A stretch of DNA of 64,000 bases. Source: Candidatus Cloacimonadales bacterium. GTDB lineage: Bacteria > Cloacimonadota > Cloacimonadia > Cloacimonadales > JAIOQZ01. Under the pieces are notes generated by a model, which did no database searches, was not told the DNA's origin, and was given only the letters and a program-made list of their open reading frames with translations. The stretch is from positions 3,200,001 through 3,264,000 of the forward strand of contig OY771587.1 of assembly GCA_963674825.1 (NCBI GenBank), read 5' to 3'. Shown here in pieces: positions 59,676-64,000 of the stretch (positions are counted from its first letter, which is position 1; the number at the start of each line of letters is the position of its first letter). The position numbers and the translations under genes were made by a program.

Positions 59676-61373
59676 ATGTGTGGAATCGTCGGAATACTGG
59701 ACAATAGAAATCACCCGAAGCAGGCCGAACTGGATCGTTTCACCGATTCACTGGCACACCGTGGGCCGGATGGTCGCGGAACCTGGCGGGATGGATGCAT
59801 CGCATTGGGACACCGTAGGTTGGCGATACTCGACCTGACCGATACCGGCAAGTGCCCGATGCCCTTCGGAGATAACAACCGCTACTGGATCACCTACAAT
59901 GGCGAGGTTTACAACTTCATCGAATTGCGCCGCGAGCTGGAGTCACACGGCCATCGATTTCGCTCCGAAACCGATACGGAAGTGATCGCCGCAGCCTATG
60001 CCCAATGGGGAAAAGACTGCCTCCTGCGCTTCAACGGCATGTGGGCATTCGCTATCTGGGACAGTGTCGATAAAACCCTTTTTCTTGCGCGCGACAGATT
60101 CGGAATCAAGCCATTCTACTACGCAGTGAGCGGCAGTCGGTTTGCTTTCGCATCCGAGATGAAGGCCTTTCGCGAACTCGCCGAATTCCAGCCGAAGCTC
60201 GATTCCGAAGGTCTGACGGCCTATCTCGCCGACCCCAAAGCAGCGGAAGGCAAGACGGACAGAACGCCGCTCGAAGGTGTTCGCAAGCTCCCCGCTGGTC
60301 ACTGTATGATGCTTGATCGCGATGGAAAGATGCAGCTCACGCGCTGGTGGAGCACCAAAGACCATTTTCCTGAGATTCCGCAAGGCTACCGGCAGCAGGT
60401 CGAACAGCTTCGCGAGCTTTTCCTCGATTCGGTCCGTCTCCGTATGCGCAGCGATGTTTCCATCGGAAGCTGCCTCAGCGGCGGTATCGATTCCAGCGGC
60501 GTGGTGGGTGCGCTGGCGCTTTTGCACAAGCGGGACGCACAGCTTGAACGCTGTCCGCAGGACTGGCAGAAGGCCTTTATCGCGACATTCCCCGATAGCG
60601 CCATCGACGAGCGAACTTACGCCGAAGAGGTGGTCGCCATGACCGACGCGAAGCCCTATTACTGGGTTTTCGATGGTGAACGGGCGGTCCGCAACACGGT
60701 CGATGTAATCTGGTCGCACGAGAGCGTTTATCAGGGGAACATGGTACCCATCTGGGCCACGTACCGCGAGCTCCGGCGCGATGGAACCGTGGTGACGCTG
60801 GACGGTCACGGGGCCGACGAGATGCTCGGCGGTTATATCTGGTATTTCGAGGAGACCTACAATACCCTCAACAGCAAGCTATACGACGATTTCCACCAAG
60901 CGTTGCCAACCCTCCTGCGCAATTTCGATCGCCTCGCCATGGCGCACGGCGTCGAGATTCGTACGCCGTATCTGGACTGGCGTCTGGTCAGCTACATCCT
61001 CGCACTTCCGCCGGAAACCAAGATTGGTAAGGGATTCACCAAGCGCGTCCTGCGCGATGCCCTTGAGGGGATTATCCCGGATCGCATCCGTGAACGCAGG
61101 TTCAAGATGGGTTTCAGTTCACCCATGGTAGACTGGTTTAACGGCGGCATGGAGAAGCTGATCCTGGAGACGATCGAGCACCCACTCTGGAAAAACAGCC
61201 CGTACTGGGACGTAAAGAAAATCAAGCCGGAAATCAAGCTCAAAACCGAACGACACGCCTGGCAAAGCTCCGAAAAGAGCAAGATCAGCAAATATTGGCT
61301 CTATATCAATGCGGTTCTCTGGCATCGATTGTTCATCGATGGCGAGGCACCGGAAAGCCTGAGGACGACATGA
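59676..61373 (+). CDS. asnB: Asparagine synthase (glutamine-hydrolysing) family amidotransferase, probably glycan-modifying
   Basis: MCGI, HRGPD, NGEVYN, RDRFGIKP, LSGGIDSS and G.GADE motifs; coupled to a GT gene. Confidence 0.9.
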   Translation: MCGIVGILDNRNHPKQAELDRFTDSLAHRGPDGRGTWRDGCIALGHRRLAILDLTDTGKCPMPFGDNNRYWITYNGEVYNFIELRRELESHGHRFRSETDTEVIAAAYAQWGKDCLLRFNGMWAFAIWDSVDKTLFLARDRFGIKPFYYAVSGSRFAFASEMKAFRELAEFQPKLDSEGLTAYLADPKAAEGKTDRTPLEGVRKLPAGHCMMLDRDGKMQLTRWWSTKDHFPEIPQGYRQQVEQLRELFLDSVRLRMRSDVSIGSCLSGGIDSSGVVGALALLHKRDAQLERCPQDWQKAFIATFPDSAIDERTYAEEVVAMTDAKPYYWVFDGERAVRNTVDVIWSHESVYQGNMVPIWATYRELRRDGTVVTLDGHGADEMLGGYIWYFEETYNTLNSKLYDDFHQALPTLLRNFDRLAMAHGVEIRTPYLDWRLVSYILALPPETKIGKGFTKRVLRDALEGIIPDRIRERRFKMGFSSPMVDWFNGGMEKLILETIEHPLWKNSPYWDVKKIKPEIKLKTERHAWQSSEKSKISKYWLYINAVLWHRLFIDGEAPESLRTT

Positions 61374-64000
61374 CCCATTTCGTTTATGCTGGAAAACTTC
61401 GTGGCGCGGACGATCCCCGCGTTGAATACCTGAAAAAGCTCACCCGCGCATCGATTACCTGGCGCGGTGAATATTCGCATGCCTATTTCATCGATGTGGA
61501 GGAACGCGATCAGCTTCCGGTGGGCGTTTCCGCCTTCCAGTTCGGCGATTACGCTTCCATGGGATGGAAGGATAAGCTGGCGAGTGCTTGCGTTACGGTT
61601 GTCTTTTCCAATGAATTGGAACCGTTTACAGTCGCGATGCGTAACGGATTGAAAATCCTGATGCCTGCGAATCACCCTGCACTTCCACTGCTTAACACCG
61701 AGTCGCAAGTCGTGCCATTCAGCGATGTGAACGATTTCTATCGCAAAGTCCAGACTCTTCTGGACGAAGGCGGAGAGCGCATGATGCCGGGTCGTCGCTG
61801 GAAACAGATTGAAGGCGATCGGCTCGTCTGGGCGCGGTTTGCCGCGGCGTTTGGACAGCAGGCAGCAAGTACGGATGATAGAAGCCGTGACGCTGAAGCG
61901 TACCGCAAGGCAATCCGTGAAAAGGGCTGGCAGGAAAAGGAGAATATCTATCTCGACGAATTCGAGTGGTTTACCAGGAAGCCGTGCGAGAGTCCGCGGA
62001 TCAGCATCGTGATCATCTCCTACGAATACAATCCCGATGTGCTGCTCAACCTGCAAGAGCTCATGAAGCAGCCTGGGCATCAATTGATATTTGTGAACAA
62101 CGGCGGAACGGTCGAGGAGTTCGAGCCGGTTGCCGGGATCCCGCATATTTATTTGAAACTGAAAGAGAATAAGGGTGCGTATCTGGCGCGTAACGCCGGG
62201 GCTGTATTCGCAACAGCGCCGATCATCCTGTTTCTGGATGACGACGCGCTGCCGGCTAAGAACCTGATCCAGACGCACATCGATAATTTCCAGCGCTACG
62301 ACATCCTTTCGTTGCGTGGCGTTTGCTTGCCGCGAACCAACAATCCGTTCAACGGGCTGCCGCGACACTACTATCTGGGGGATGAACCCTTCCCACGATT
62401 CGCTAACATCGAAGGCAACACTTCGTATCGCAGCGATATCTTTTTCCGGGCAGGCGGGTGGTCGGATGATATCCGCTTTGGCGGTGGAGGACTGGATCTT
62501 GCGCTCAGGATCCTGCAAGTCGATCCCGATTTACAGAAGCATATGTTTTCACCTGAGCCGGTCATCTATCACGACTACGTGAACAACACCGAGCATCTCG
62601 CCAAGAAATCGGAGAAGCAGCACAAATCGCGCAGCAGGCTTTTCCGAAAATATCCTGACCATCTGGAAAAGGTAAGCCAGTGGAACACGATGCGACATCG
62701 TACGAATTTGCTCCATGTACGCGAGGGTTTCACGGTCGAGAGCAACGTCATGACCGAGGCGAAGCGATCTCCACAGCTCTATCGCCTCTTGCAGGTGCGT
62801 TCATGGCAGTACAAGTTCGGGTACTACGATTACTATTGGTCGCACGTGGATGAGTTTAATCCACCCGATGAAGTATCAATATCGGTGGTGTTTGTCGCGG
62901 AGCGTCTTGACGACCAACTGCGCGAGAGCATACGCCGGATCAAGCGGCAGGCCGATCACGTAAGCGTCGTGGTCGTCAACAATGCCGGTGACGAGAAGGA
63001 TTTTACCGATCCGGGCTGCGATTATCTGGTGCATCTGAAGAAACGGGCGAACAAGAACACCGCGCGCAACCTGGGCTCGCTCATGGTCAAGTCACCCGTG
63101 ATTCTGTTTCTTGGAAATCATTGTATCCCAACGGATAACCTCATCAAGCGGCATCTGGACACCTTCCTGAAATTCCGTGTGGTAACGCTGGAAGGTGAGA
63201 TATTGATGGAAGGTGACGAACTGCCACAGGACAAGAGAACCTACAGCGTCTTCCCGGTGGAAGAGGACCACATTTCGTTTCTCAATGCGGGCTTTGTGAT
63301 GATCAAGGGATTCGTCGACCATGTGAATGAAGATGGCATCCACGAGTTCAATCTGCGCATGATGAATATCGCTGCCGATCTGGCGCAAAATCGCCATGAT
63401 CCCGGTTGCGTAGTGTATTCGAAGAAGCGTCGCGGTATCAGGCAGGAGGAGGTTATGCAATCACCTCCGCTGCATCTTCAGGAGCGTCCATGGCAGATGA
63501 AAACATATCGCAATTGGCTTGCGCTGGACGATCAGCGCTATCGGATGATCCCGCATCAGGAAGCGATCGAGATGAACAACCTGCTGAACCAGTCGGGTCA
63601 GCTACTTGCACAGGGCAGGCTGAAAGAGGCGTTGCCTGGCTTCGAGAAGTGCGCCGTGATGAACCCGTTGAACTTCCAGTGTGCCAGCATGCTGAGCTAT
63701 ACCTATCTCAATCTGGGTGAGCTCGAGAAGGCGCGCCGGGCGATTCTACCCGCCGTAACCATGCTTCCGCTGAACGAAGATATGGTGGGGAATCATGTGG
63801 CAATTCTGCTGCAAATGGGTAAGATCGAAGAGGCTAAAAGCTTCTGCGAGGGATTCCTGGCCCAAAAAACACACGTGAAGATCCAGAAGATCCTTGTTCA
63901 GATCGAAGAGTATATGAAGCAGAACCGGATGTCGTCCGCAACGCCGGAAGAACGGCTGATCGAACGGACCAAAGCGGAAGAATTCACGTCTGCGCTACAG
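61370..64000 (+). CDS. Large multidomain glycosyltransferase (GT2 + degenerate GT2 + TPR), 3'-truncated by window edge
   Basis: ATG 61370 overlaps the asnB stop (ATGA); 877 open codons by manual translation; ISIVIISY/FVNNG/ARNAG/FLDDD, a second ISVVFV/VNNAG/ARNLG copy, then TPR-like helices. Confidence 0.88.
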   Translation, partial: MTHFVYAGKLRGADDPRVEYLKKLTRASITWRGEYSHAYFIDVEERDQLPVGVSAFQFGDYASMGWKDKLASACVTVVFSNELEPFTVAMRNGLKILMPANHPALPLLNTESQVVPFSDVNDFYRKVQTLLDEGGERMMPGRRWKQIEGDRLVWARFAAAFGQQAASTDDRSRDAEAYRKAIREKGWQEKENIYLDEFEWFTRKPCESPRISIVIISYEYNPDVLLNLQELMKQPGHQLIFVNNGGTVEEFEPVAGIPHIYLKLKENKGAYLARNAGAVFATAPIILFLDDDALPAKNLIQTHIDNFQRYDILSLRGVCLPRTNNPFNGLPRHYYLGDEPFPRFANIEGNTSYRSDIFFRAGGWSDDIRFGGGGLDLALRILQVDPDLQKHMFSPEPVIYHDYVNNTEHLAKKSEKQHKSRSRLFRKYPDHLEKVSQWNTMRHRTNLLHVREGFTVESNVMTEAKRSPQLYRLLQVRSWQYKFGYYDYYWSHVDEFNPPDEVSISVVFVAERLDDQLRESIRRIKRQADHVSVVVVNNAGDEKDFTDPGCDYLVHLKKRANKNTARNLGSLMVKSPVILFLGNHCIPTDNLIKRHLDTFLKFRVVTLEGEILMEGDELPQDKRTYSVFPVEEDHISFLNAGFVMIKGFVDHVNEDGIHEFNLRMMNIAADLAQNRHDPGCVVYSKKRRGIRQEEVMQSPPLHLQERPWQMKTYRNWLALDDQRYRMIPHQEAIEMNNLLNQSGQLLAQGRLKEALPGFEKCAVMNPLNFQCASMLSYTYLNLGELEKARRAILPAVTMLPLNEDMVGNHVAILLQMGKIEEAKSFCEGFLAQKTHVKIQKILVQIEEYMKQNRMSSATPEERLIERTKAEEFTSALQ

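Noticed and set aside
61301..62518. 405-aa minus-strand ORF
   Set aside because: Antisense to the real plus-strand GT2 gene that starts at 61370.

Overview
Bacterial chromosomal window. It is probably from Cloacimonadota or a related FCB-group lineage, inferred from five secreted proteins ending in the YPNPFNP...WDG.D...SSG.Y...LLK FlgD-Ig/T9SS-type C-terminal domain (CTD). Housekeeping blocks are trmB-dGTPase-prfB (programmed +1 frameshift)-uppS-cdsA, trpS/ptsH, rpmF-plsX-fabH-fabD-fabG-acpP-fabF-rnc, and tilS-hpt-ftsH-hslV-hslU. Two accessory regions stand out. (1) An 11-kb minus-strand operon (40317-51560) looks like a synthase-dependent exopolysaccharide system with unusual parts: an unorthodox hybrid kinase, a REC-Zn-ribbon (TackOD1-like)-degenerate GGDEF protein, a processive GT2 synthase, a TolC-like/GH18-like fusion, an HlyD-like/TPR fusion and a second hybrid kinase. 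(2) A tandem array of three ~950-aa secreted proteins has divergent bodies but near-identical, mosaic C-termini, and the genes are separated by co-varying hairpin repeats. Smaller signals include a synonymously recoded 37-bp duplication of the hslV 3' end, a strand-specific hairpin in the rnc leader, REP-like elements, and a long GT2-GT2-TPR gene at the right edge that the ORF track missed. No rRNA, tRNA, CRISPR array, transposase or integrase was recognised. All family assignments come from motif recognition by eye, not database searches.
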